Assembly (NCBI GenBank): GCA_963677925.2
Contig: CAXXYH010000004.1
Location: forward strand, 1,024,001-1,088,000
DNA: 64,000 nt
Direction: 5' to 3'
Origin: Spirochaetia bacterium
GTDB taxonomy: Bacteria > Spirochaetota > Spirochaetia > UBA9216
Part shown: piece after piece, positions 40,073 to 48,834 of the stretch
Layout: every line of letters begins with the position of its first letter
Position numbering within the stretch: position 1 is the stretch's first letter
Translations under genes and position numbers: made by a program
The notes under the pieces: model-generated
Database searches by the model: none
What the model saw: the letters and a program-made list of their open reading frames with translations, nothing else
Told to the model about the DNA's origin: nothing

Positions 40073-40963
40073 ATGGACAGTAATAAGGTAAAACTTGCAA
40101 TGGCTCCTATCGGGTGGACCAATGATGATATGCCTGACCTCGGAGCAGAGAATACATTTCAGCAATGCGTCAGTGAGATGGCTCTGGCCGGATATGCAGG
40201 AAGCGAGGTCGGCAATAAGTATCCGAAAGACCCGGCGGTGCTTAAGGAGTACCTTGATGTGCGTGGAATTAAGATCTGTAATCAGTGGTTCAGTTCCTTT
40301 CTTGCATCAAAACCATTTGCTGAGGTTGAAAAGGATTTCAGGGCTCAGCTTGAGTTTTTAAAAAAGGTCGGCGCTGATGTGATAGGCCCATCCGAACAGA
40401 CCCGCTCTTGTCAGGGACAGCCGGTTTCTGTTTTCAGCGGAAAAGCTGTGTTTTCTGATGAAGAGTTTAAAGCAGTAACATCAGGTCTGAATGAGCTTGG
40501 AAAAATTGCTGCCGGCGAAGGAATGAAGCTCGCCTTTCATCATCATATGGGTACTGGTATACAGACTGTAGATGAGACCGAGCGGTTTCTTAACGAAACA
40601 AATCCGGAGTATGTGTATCTTCTTTATGATTCAGGACATTTTGCGTTCTCGGAAGAGGATCCTATTGCAGCTCTTAAAAAGTTTGTAAGCCGGGTAGGGC
40701 ATGTGCATCTGAAAGATATGAGAACGGAGGTATATGCAAGGGTAAAATCCGCTGACTCTTCATTTCTGGATGCTGTACGTGATGGAGTTTTTACTGTTCC
40801 CGGAGACGGCAGCATAGACTTTTCTTCAATATTCAGAATCCTTGAACAAAATGGTTATAATGGATGGATGGTTGTTGAAGCCGAGCAGGATCCGGCAAAA
40901 GCCAATCCCTTCGTTTATGCAAAAAATGCAAGAGCATATATAAAAAAAACAGCAGGTATTTAA
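40073..40963 (+). CDS. iolE: Myo-inosose-2 dehydratase
   Basis: APIGWTNDDMP, E.GNKYP, FHHHMGT, HVHLKD, FTVPGDG and VVEAEQDP motifs. ATG 40073 with GGAGG RBS. Confidence 0.96.
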   Translation: MDSNKVKLAMAPIGWTNDDMPDLGAENTFQQCVSEMALAGYAGSEVGNKYPKDPAVLKEYLDVRGIKICNQWFSSFLASKPFAEVEKDFRAQLEFLKKVGADVIGPSEQTRSCQGQPVSVFSGKAVFSDEEFKAVTSGLNELGKIAAGEGMKLAFHHHMGTGIQTVDETERFLNETNPEYVYLLYDSGHFAFSEEDPIAALKKFVSRVGHVHLKDMRTEVYARVKSADSSFLDAVRDGVFTVPGDGSIDFSSIFRILEQNGYNGWMVVEAEQDPAKANPFVYAKNARAYIKKTAGI

Positions 40964-40972
40964 TAAGCATAA

Positions 40973-41170
40973 ACCGCTGAAAAAGGAAGTTATGACCTGC
41001 CGTTAGATTTACCGGCGGGTTCTATATGCTTATTTAACAAAATTAATCCCGTAACCTATGCCGGTAAAATTAAAACTTACGACAGTGTACTTGTTATCAG
41101 GTTTAAATCCGATGACCCGGAAAAGCTTGACTTGATTGCCTCAATACTGAAACAGATGAAGGATTCATAA
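40973..41170 (+). pseudogene. Possible start-less 3' gene remnant
   Basis: 65 sense codons (TAEKGSYDLPLDLPAGSICLFNKINPVTYAGK...LIASILKQMKDS*) filling the gap, with no start codon/RBS at its 5' end. Confidence 0.3.
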
Positions 41171-41208
41171 TTACACATAGAACTGTTTATCTGATATAAT
41201 TGTTTCAA

Positions 41209-41679
41209 ATGAAAAGAAATGTAATAAGTCTGATTATAATCATACTTTTTTCATGTGCCGGACACATTTTTGCCGAAGATTCTGATAATATCGCCGTGCT
41301 CACCCGGGGGCCGGTTTACCATGAAGGGATAGAATTTCTGGAAGTGAATGCACTGCCGTCCCGGTATGGCGAGTACCGCGTGGGGGCGGGCACTGTCCGG
41401 ATTTACTATACTGAAGAACCCATCTTCTTTTCAGAAGACTGGAAGCGGACTGCATGTACTTCTGAATCATATCTTCTGCTTGATTCCGGAAGTCCGGAGA
41501 TCTCAGGGATTGTGGCTGCAGTTGAGGATGAAAGAGGCTGGACGGCTTTTCTTGAGTTTTCGGAACCGTCAATAATCTGCAGTTTTATAAAAATGTACCG
41601 ATCCAGGCAGAATTATTTTAACAATATATCAAGAGATAAAAACAGTTTTTCATTTCCGGCTATTCTTGAGCTGGAATGA
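41209..41679 (+). CDS. Hypothetical exported protein
   Basis: MKRNVISLIIIILFSCAGHIFA signal peptide. TG-A-TATAAT 8 nt upstream. Confidence 0.7.
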   Translation: MKRNVISLIIIILFSCAGHIFAEDSDNIAVLTRGPVYHEGIEFLEVNALPSRYGEYRVGAGTVRIYYTEEPIFFSEDWKRTACTSESYLLLDSGSPEISGIVAAVEDERGWTAFLEFSEPSIICSFIKMYRSRQNYFNNISRDKNSFSFPAILELE

Positions 41680-41692
41680 CAGGAGGCCGAGT

Positions 41693-42847
41693 ATGAAAAG
41701 TTTTGAGTTTTATTCTCCTACAAGGGTGATTTTCGGACGTGATGCTGCAGATTCCATCGGCAGTGTCGCTGCCGCATACGGAAAGAAGGCTCTGCTTGTC
41801 TACGGCCGGAACAGTATTAAAAAAAGCGGTCTTCACGGCCGTATAATCAAATCTTTAACGGATACCGGAATCGAGGTCATTGAACATAGCGGAGTTTCCG
41901 CCAATCCTCAGCTTTCCCACACACTTGATGGTGCAGGCCTTGCAAAGGATGCCGGTGTTGATTTTATAATTGCAGCCGGCGGAGGCAGTGTTATTGATGA
42001 ATCCAAGGGGATTGCTGTCGGCGCCTGCACCGATGAGGATTTATGGAAATACTATGCCAGGGAACTGGTGATTGAAAAAGCACTCCCGGTTCTTGCTGTG
42101 CAGACGCTTCCTGCAACTTCCTCTGAAACAAATCAGGCCGCTGTCCTTACCAATGATAAAACGGGCGACAAGTACAGTATACGCTCACCATTGATCGTAC
42201 CGGCTGTCGCCTTCCTCGATCCTGTCCTGACATTTACAATCCCTGTTCAGTATACCGCCTATGCCTGCTTCGATATTATGACTCATCTTCTTGAAGGCTA
42301 TTTTACAACTACCGAAAAATTTGCTCCCGTGCACGATGGTTTTGTCGAAGGAATGGTAAAGGCTGTTATGAAAAGTCTGGAAGTCATTCTTGAAAAGCCG
42401 GATGATTATGATGCAAGAGCCTCGGTAATGTGGGCGGGCGCACTTGCATGGAACGGCCTCTGCAATGCAGGCCTTGAGGGCGCATCCATTCCCTGTCATA
42501 TCATAGAGCATCCGATCAGCGGGCTCTATGATATAGCGCATGGTGCAGGTCTGGCGGCTGTCGTGCCGGCATTCCTCCGTTATAAAAAAGATGAACTGAG
42601 CAGCCGTATCCTCAAATTCGGGAAAGACGTTCTGATGATGGACGGCCGGCCGGATTGTGAAGCTGTCATCTCTGCCTATGAATCCTGGATAAAAAAAATA
42701 GGCTGTCCTCTTTCGATGAGGGAGCTTGGTATAGAGAATCCGGATATTGATACTATGACTGAACAGGCAGTGACGCTTGCAGCGCAGTGGGGAGCTTCCG
42801 GGTATAATGCTGATGATTTCAGGGCAGTTTATAACAGCTGTGTATAG
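41693..42847 (+). CDS. Iron-containing alcohol dehydrogenase (BdhA/YqhD-like)
   Basis: FYSPTRVIFG, GGGSVID, TLPATSSE, D.MTH and CH.IEH...HG motifs. AGGAGG RBS. Confidence 0.92.
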   Translation: MKSFEFYSPTRVIFGRDAADSIGSVAAAYGKKALLVYGRNSIKKSGLHGRIIKSLTDTGIEVIEHSGVSANPQLSHTLDGAGLAKDAGVDFIIAAGGGSVIDESKGIAVGACTDEDLWKYYARELVIEKALPVLAVQTLPATSSETNQAAVLTNDKTGDKYSIRSPLIVPAVAFLDPVLTFTIPVQYTAYACFDIMTHLLEGYFTTTEKFAPVHDGFVEGMVKAVMKSLEVILEKPDDYDARASVMWAGALAWNGLCNAGLEGASIPCHIIEHPISGLYDIAHGAGLAAVVPAFLRYKKDELSSRILKFGKDVLMMDGRPDCEAVISAYESWIKKIGCPLSMRELGIENPDIDTMTEQAVTLAAQWGASGYNADDFRAVYNSCV

Positions 42848-42853
42848 CTCTTG

Positions 42854-44419
42854 TCAGGACGGGTTGTTACGCTTTTTTCTCGCCCTCTTATTTTGATACA
42901 TCGAGATGTCAGCCTTGTGAAATGAGCTGGTTATATCAGACTCTATTCTCTGAACACCGTAGGAGAACTCGGCGTCATATTCATAATAAAACTGATCGTG
43001 GATTCTTCTGATAATAGTTTCGGCATTGGCCGCATCGATTTCCTTCAGCAGAATGAGGAACTCATCACCGCCTATTCTGATAACGATATCTGAAGTCCGC
43101 AGATTTTCCTTTGCGCGGTTTACAAAGCTGCACAGCAGTTCATCGCCAAGCTTATGTCCGAAATTGTCGTTGTATTCTTTGAAATTATCGAAATCAACAA
43201 CTATCGCAGAAGTCCAGTTTTCCCTTTTAATACTATTAATAATATTTCTGTTGAAGGCTCCGGTTAATGGATCAGTCTGGGCAAAATAGCGGAGTTTTGA
43301 GTTTTCGGTGTGAATGTTGGTATACTTGATTATAAGGTCTGCACTGAAAAAGACCGTACTGAACAGAGCTCCATACTGAATGGTGTAAGGCGCATTCGGA
43401 TTTATCATGCTGACATAGAAAGAATTTCCAACGGTGCACAGGATTAATATTGAAGGAATCAGCATTATGTAATCCTTCTCTTCAAGGTGTAAAAGCATAA
43501 CAGCGATGAAGACTCCGTTGATAAGCAGGGCAGGATTAACAAAATGAAAGAATCGTATCAGTTCCGGAAGTGTCGGGCTGAAAAGGAAAAGGAGTGCAGG
43601 GATAATGCTCAACGGATACTGAGTATACTTTATTACCCTGCTGTTGATGGTAATGTTGTTAACGCCTGCTGTGAATATGTTTAAAGCCAGGAATCCGGAG
43701 AGAAGAAGTATTTTATCGCTTAACAGCAGGAACTTCTGATTAAACAGGTGTTCAAAGTATAGGTAATCAATACAGTAGATGGATGCGAAAATAGTGGCAC
43801 AGCCCATGAGTATATATGTTTTCCTGCCGGTTTCAGTAAGAGCCGCTATAAGAAGCATTATTGTTCCTACAAGAAGGCCTGCTCCAATCATGAGCCGTAT
43901 CAGTGTTACATAAAAAAAGTTGGCCGTGTTTGTTTTTGAAAGTGCTCTCTTATAATCAAGGATCATCGGAGCAGAAGTCATACCGTGTGTTATATTTGTG
44001 TACTGCTCAATCACCAGAGTATTACGCCCGGTTTTAAGATTTCCGAAGGCTGGAAATATCTGAACCATATTCCAGAACCGGGCTGTTGGATTATTTTCAT
44101 CACCGATACTGCCGATGAGATTTCCATTTAAAAATATTTTAAGAGCATTGCCGGGAATCCGGCTGATTACTATTGCTTTATCTGCCGCATCATCAATACT
44201 GAAAGTGTTTATGTATCTGACCTTTGTCAGGGTATCAACTGACATCTGTCCGGGGATTTTAACTTCTGTTTTCAGACCGTTTAGTTCAAGTTCCCAGTTT
44301 TCTTCAAGTACCAGGCCCTCGGGTTTTATACTGGTTTTAAGAATAAGAAATATAACAATAAAAATCAGAAAGCCCGTGATCCAGTAATTCGGTTTTCTTA
44401 AAAGTGAATAGGGTTTCAT
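42854..44419 (-). CDS. Membrane diguanylate cyclase (extracytoplasmic beta-sandwich, ~7 TM, GGDEF), copy 1
   Basis: TDPLTGAFNR, DFDNFK.YND.FGH..GD, RTSD I-site and intact GGDEF. Confidence 0.9.
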   Translation of the reverse strand: MKPYSLLRKPNYWITGFLIFIVIFLILKTSIKPEGLVLEENWELELNGLKTEVKIPGQMSVDTLTKVRYINTFSIDDAADKAIVISRIPGNALKIFLNGNLIGSIGDENNPTARFWNMVQIFPAFGNLKTGRNTLVIEQYTNITHGMTSAPMILDYKRALSKTNTANFFYVTLIRLMIGAGLLVGTIMLLIAALTETGRKTYILMGCATIFASIYCIDYLYFEHLFNQKFLLLSDKILLLSGFLALNIFTAGVNNITINSRVIKYTQYPLSIIPALLFLFSPTLPELIRFFHFVNPALLINGVFIAVMLLHLEEKDYIMLIPSILILCTVGNSFYVSMINPNAPYTIQYGALFSTVFFSADLIIKYTNIHTENSKLRYFAQTDPLTGAFNRNIINSIKRENWTSAIVVDFDNFKEYNDNFGHKLGDELLCSFVNRAKENLRTSDIVIRIGGDEFLILLKEIDAANAETIIRRIHDQFYYEYDAEFSYGVQRIESDITSSFHKADISMYQNKRARKKRNNPS

Positions 44420-44435
44420 TCAGGCTGTCCGTCCG

Positions 44436-45833
44436 CTAAACAGAAAATTCTGCCCGGCTTTTCTGAATTCTCTTTCTGTTCGCCAGAATCTCATATGAGT
44501 AATCATCAAACAGCTTGAGCAGGCAGTCTTTAAGTGTTTCATAACTGAAAAAGCGTTCACCCACATCAAAGTTATGGTTAACCATTTTTTCTTTTTTAGC
44601 AGGATTCATAATGATATCGTAAATTTTATCAAGCGCCCGATCCGGAATGATCAGCTGATTGTTTTCATCATAGTTGTCAGTAATTTCAATGGTCTTGAAA
44701 TCCCGGTTTCTAATGTCGGTTTTATAGACCAGATATGTAGTAATAACAACCGGAACCCTTGCGGCCACTGCTTCCAGGAAGGCATTGCCGAAGCCTTCCC
44801 ATACCGGCAGATATGTTACGAAATCCGCGTTGGCAAGGACATCACGGTTGGTGTACAGCTTCTGCCCGAGTTCGTTTTTACCGCGGGCGGAAGATACTCT
44901 GTCTGAGATGAAATGAAGCGGAACTTCAAACTGTTCTGCAAGACTTTTAATGAGTGCAATATAATTTTCATCAGGCTCGTCTCCCTGATACAGCGAGATT
45001 ATAAGGTGAAGCTTTCTTCGGATTTCGGGATACCTCATTCCAAGCTTTCCTACAAACCTGACCGAGTCCTCTATGTGTTTCCGGGGAACTATACGGGTCG
45101 GCTGCAGCACAAGGATGTCATCCTCATTGAATCCGAGTTCTTTTCTGAAATCCTGATTATAATCATCCTTAACGACAGGTTTCTCGAAGTCTTCACAGTT
45201 CGGAATAATCCGCGGCTGTACTCTTTTGATTGAGCGGAGGATATGCGCTGCATAGGTTGAAAGCACTATATGTTCTACGCCCGGCACCTGCGGAGGCATT
45301 GTTCTTGAAAGAAGAGTTTCAATCGCGCTGTTACTGAACCGGCTTCTTTCCCACCAGAAGTCATGGTGATGAAATATTGTTGCAATGCGCTTTTCGCCGC
45401 AGAGCTTATAAACTGCCAGTCCGCTAAGCAGGGACATCGGCATAGCATTTGTATTCTGGGCAACCAGCACGTCGATTGAGTTCTGCTGGATGAAGTCAAA
45501 AATACTGTCGGCGATATAGCTGCTTTTATGATTCATTTCTTCTATTGCTGTATGAAGCTTTTCTTCTGAAATATAAGTCTGAAATTTATTTAGATATGGG
45601 AAGAAAAGGTGTTCATATTCATGCTGATGTGAAGAGTCAAATCTTATTTCATCAATACAAAGTCTTCTTTCTTCCGGAACTTCTTTGAGGTTTGAGCTGA
45701 ATTTTCCTGCTATTGCATATATTTCATGTCCCTCTTTTATGAGTACGTCAACCCATTTTTCAACTTCAAGAGAGACTCCGTCTACATCTCCGAGTTTTCC
45801 GGAGATAAATGCTATCTTAAACTTATTCTTCAT
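44436..45833 (-). CDS. GT4 glycosyltransferase, mannosylglucosylglycerate-synthase (MggS)-like
   Basis: DGVSLEVEKW, HHHDFWWER, QPTRIVPRKHIE and WEGFGNAFLEA motifs. Confidence 0.8.
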   Translation of the reverse strand: MKNKFKIAFISGKLGDVDGVSLEVEKWVDVLIKEGHEIYAIAGKFSSNLKEVPEERRLCIDEIRFDSSHQHEYEHLFFPYLNKFQTYISEEKLHTAIEEMNHKSSYIADSIFDFIQQNSIDVLVAQNTNAMPMSLLSGLAVYKLCGEKRIATIFHHHDFWWERSRFSNSAIETLLSRTMPPQVPGVEHIVLSTYAAHILRSIKRVQPRIIPNCEDFEKPVVKDDYNQDFRKELGFNEDDILVLQPTRIVPRKHIEDSVRFVGKLGMRYPEIRRKLHLIISLYQGDEPDENYIALIKSLAEQFEVPLHFISDRVSSARGKNELGQKLYTNRDVLANADFVTYLPVWEGFGNAFLEAVAARVPVVITTYLVYKTDIRNRDFKTIEITDNYDENNQLIIPDRALDKIYDIIMNPAKKEKMVNHNFDVGERFFSYETLKDCLLKLFDDYSYEILANRKRIQKSRAEFSV

Positions 45834-45834
45834 T

Positions 45835-47391
45835 TTAAAGCCCTTCCATTTTATTTTTAACGGATTTTTTCATTCGGTACATTTCCGCATCGGCTATGTC
45901 GGAAGTCCGGCTGATTGATTCCCTCATTTTTGCGATTCCGTATGAGAAGCCGTAACTGTGAAGTTCCATGAATTCTTCCCTGATTCTGGATATAATAGCT
46001 TCAGCTTCCACACTGTCCGGACCTTTAAGCAGGATGAGAAACTCATCGCCGCCCAGTCTGACTATAATGTCTGATTCCCTGAAATTTTTGTTTGCAGATT
46101 TTACAAAGTTTTTAAGAAGTTCATCACCTTTGAGGTGTCCGTATGTATCGTTGTATGTTTTAAAATCATCAAGATCAACAACTGCCGCTGTATCAAATGA
46201 GGAAGGCTTCAGCTGGTCCAGAACCTTCCGGTTATAAGCACTTGTCAGTGCATCCTTATGTGCCGAGGTGAACAGGACGGTATTTTCAGAGCATAATTTT
46301 GAGTAATTTAGAATAAGATCAGCACAGAAGAAAAGGGTTGAGAAGGCTATACCGTACTGAATGATAAAGGGTCTGGGGGTTGTGGTGAAGGTTATATATA
46401 CAGCATCAAAGAGCGTCGACGCCACGACTATTGCAGGAATCAGCATCACACTGCTTTTTTTAAGTAGGTTCAGTCCCATTACGGCTATGATAACTACATC
46501 AATAAGCAGCAGACCGTTTAGAATCTGAAGGAATAAATCAAGAATATGCCTGTTCGGGCTGAAGATGAAGGCCGCTGCGGTAATAATCATAAACGGATAC
46601 TGCAGAACCCTTATGAATTTGGAATTATATGTAAGTATGTTCAGTCCTAGAACAAAAAGGTTGCAGGCAATAAACCCGCTTATAAAGAAAATCTTACTCA
46701 GATTAAGCAGGATGGATGACGTGAACAGTGTGTCAAAATGAAGAAAATCCAGACAGTACACGGCTGAGAGTGCCGACCCCAGGCCGATAAAAAGATAAGC
46801 TTTAAGCTTTTTTCCGGTTTTAAAATATACTCCGACGAGGATAATTCCTATAGTTATTACTCCGCCTATAAAAAACTGAAGCAGGCTGTCATAGATGAAA
46901 TTAATTAGACCTTTTCGGTATACAGCATCTGATGCCGGAATGATAAACGGCGGAACAGTAAAGCCCTGAACGAAATCGACAGTCTGTTCAATTTCAAGGA
47001 TATTATGATCTTTATTCTCTTCAGGCAGTCTTACCGTAAAAGCGTAGTTTTTAAACTTTGAGCTGCTGTCATCGGGGCTTCCAATCTGACCTATCAGGCG
47101 GCCGTTCATGAACACCCGGAGAGAATTCCCGGGAACCCTCAGCAGCATTAAGGCTGAATCTGTCTCCGGGATGTAGCTGAAACTTGTTCTGTACCGGACC
47201 GTTCCGGCTTTCTTTATTCTGTGAAAATCGGGCAGGGTGACTGTTTTTGTCCCGGTTTCTTCAATAAGTTCCCATCCGTCAGCAAGAATTAATCCTTCGG
47301 GTTTTATTATATCATTCAGTGTTATTTTTAGAACAAGGAAGACCGCAAGCCCGATTATCAGCCCGAGGATACGAATGATGATTTTAGTCAT
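45835..47391 (-). CDS. Membrane diguanylate cyclase, copy 2
   Basis: KDALTSAYNR, DLDDFKTYNDTYGH.KGD, RESD I-site and GGDEF. Same architecture as copy 1. Confidence 0.9.
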   Translation of the reverse strand: MTKIIIRILGLIIGLAVFLVLKITLNDIIKPEGLILADGWELIEETGTKTVTLPDFHRIKKAGTVRYRTSFSYIPETDSALMLLRVPGNSLRVFMNGRLIGQIGSPDDSSSKFKNYAFTVRLPEENKDHNILEIEQTVDFVQGFTVPPFIIPASDAVYRKGLINFIYDSLLQFFIGGVITIGIILVGVYFKTGKKLKAYLFIGLGSALSAVYCLDFLHFDTLFTSSILLNLSKIFFISGFIACNLFVLGLNILTYNSKFIRVLQYPFMIITAAAFIFSPNRHILDLFLQILNGLLLIDVVIIAVMGLNLLKKSSVMLIPAIVVASTLFDAVYITFTTTPRPFIIQYGIAFSTLFFCADLILNYSKLCSENTVLFTSAHKDALTSAYNRKVLDQLKPSSFDTAAVVDLDDFKTYNDTYGHLKGDELLKNFVKSANKNFRESDIIVRLGGDEFLILLKGPDSVEAEAIISRIREEFMELHSYGFSYGIAKMRESISRTSDIADAEMYRMKKSVKNKMEGL

Positions 47392-48410
47392 TAATCATCC
47401 GCCCTGTATCCGCTGCTTAGATTAAAACTCAGCTCGAAAAGACATCCGTTGTTCTTTTTGAATGAGTATTCAGCCTTCAGTGTTTTGCTTATCGAACTAA
47501 TCAGCAGAATTCCAAGACCCCTGTTTCCGGTTAGTTCATCCAGTGAGAATCCCGGTCCGTTGTCCTGTATTTTAAGCTGCAGGTATGAATTTTCAATAAA
47601 TATTGCAATGCTCAGTTTAAGCTCATTATCCTTTGGTGCTGCATATTTCAGAGAGTTGCATATCACTTCATTAATAATAAGACCCATGAATGTCAGCTGT
47701 TTATTTGAAAGGGTAAGATTTCCGGTATGAATATCCGACTCGATTATTACATTATTTGTGTCATAGATTTCAGAAATATTGTTTATCAGTTCCCTGATAA
47801 AGTTATCAATGTTTGATTTCAGCGATTGATCCTTTGAGTGCAGAAATTCATGTGTAAGGGCTATGCTGTGTACACGCTCGATAATTTTTTTTCCTTCTTC
47901 GATAAACTCCGGATTATCTGAGCGGGTGAGCTGAAGCTGCAGGAGATCCTTGATGATATTCAGATTGTTTTTTACACGGTGATTAAGTTCGTTTAAAAGC
48001 AGCTGGTTTGATTCAAGAGCTTCCGCAAGTTCCTTCCGTGCATTGTCTATGGTTCTGAAATATTCAGAGAGGTAGCCGATAGCTGTACCGAGTACAATTC
48101 CAGAGATTTCTGTGACGAATAGACTTTCCGGGGCGTATTCCATGCTTCCGAACATGTTGAAAAAAAGCAGATTAAGCGGAAGTCCTGTTGCTCCTGCTAT
48201 TGCGCCGCCTGGAAGTCCGTATGCAAGCGCCGCCGAAATAAGCGGGATGATTATTATAAAGTTGCTTGAAACACCAAGGTGATTGACTAACAGCAGCATA
48301 GCCGCCGCATAGATGAGATAGCCGATTACCGTTGAATTCAGCGGATGATCAGCAAAGAGTTTCTTGTGAAATTTAAGAAGCAGCGTATTTCCATTGAAAT
48401 TAAGCAGCAT
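47391..48410 (-). CDS. Membrane sensor histidine kinase, HisKA_2 type
   Basis: ELNHRVKNNL H-box, INE...NSLKYA, DNGPG and GLG motifs, with N-terminal TMs. Start position uncertain. Confidence 0.88.
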   Translation of the reverse strand: MLLNFNGNTLLLKFHKKLFADHPLNSTVIGYLIYAAAMLLLVNHLGVSSNFIIIIPLISAALAYGLPGGAIAGATGLPLNLLFFNMFGSMEYAPESLFVTEISGIVLGTAIGYLSEYFRTIDNARKELAEALESNQLLLNELNHRVKNNLNIIKDLLQLQLTRSDNPEFIEEGKKIIERVHSIALTHEFLHSKDQSLKSNIDNFIRELINNISEIYDTNNVIIESDIHTGNLTLSNKQLTFMGLIINEVICNSLKYAAPKDNELKLSIAIFIENSYLQLKIQDNGPGFSLDELTGNRGLGILLISSISKTLKAEYSFKKNNGCLFELSFNLSSGYRADD

Positions 48411-48422
48411 GTACAACCTTAA

Positions 48423-48459
48423 CATAATTGTAGATATTTTTACAGTTATGAAATATAAT
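48423..48459. promoter_or_regulatory. Inverted repeat in the divergent HK/RR spacer plus -10 box
   Basis: CATAATTGTA-N8-TACAGTTATG (one mismatch). TATAAT at 48454-48459, 7 nt before the RR ATG. Confidence 0.45.
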
Positions 48460-48466
48460 TTGTACC

Positions 48467-48832
48467 ATGAATCAGCACAAGATCCTCGTCGTTGAGGATG
48501 AACCAATTGAGGGACTCGCCCTAAAAGAAAGACTTGAGGCTATGGGCTACATTGTGCCTGAAATTATCGCTGACGGCAATGAAGTTATACAGGCGGTGCT
48601 GCGGCACAGTCCTGATCTTATCATTATGGATATCAGGCTGGACAGTTTTATTGACGGTGTTGATGCCGCCACAAGGGTCCGCCTGATTCGCGATACCCCG
48701 GTAATTTATCTTACAGCATACTCAAGTGAGGACATGAAGAGCAGGGCAATGAAGGTTGAACCGGTCGATTACCTGCTAAAACCTGTAAAGGATTCTATTC
48801 TCTCCTCTGCACTCAAGAAAGTATTCGGCTGA
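48467..48832 (+). CDS. Single-domain response regulator
   Basis: LVVEDE, IMDIRL, YLTA and LLKP motifs. Confidence 0.92.
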   Translation: MNQHKILVVEDEPIEGLALKERLEAMGYIVPEIIADGNEVIQAVLRHSPDLIIMDIRLDSFIDGVDAATRVRLIRDTPVIYLTAYSSEDMKSRAMKVEPVDYLLKPVKDSILSSALKKVFG

Positions 48833-48834
48833 TA

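Noticed and set aside
39508-40122. 204-aa antisense ORF
   Set aside because: Shadow of the epimerase and iolE genes, with no recognisable features.
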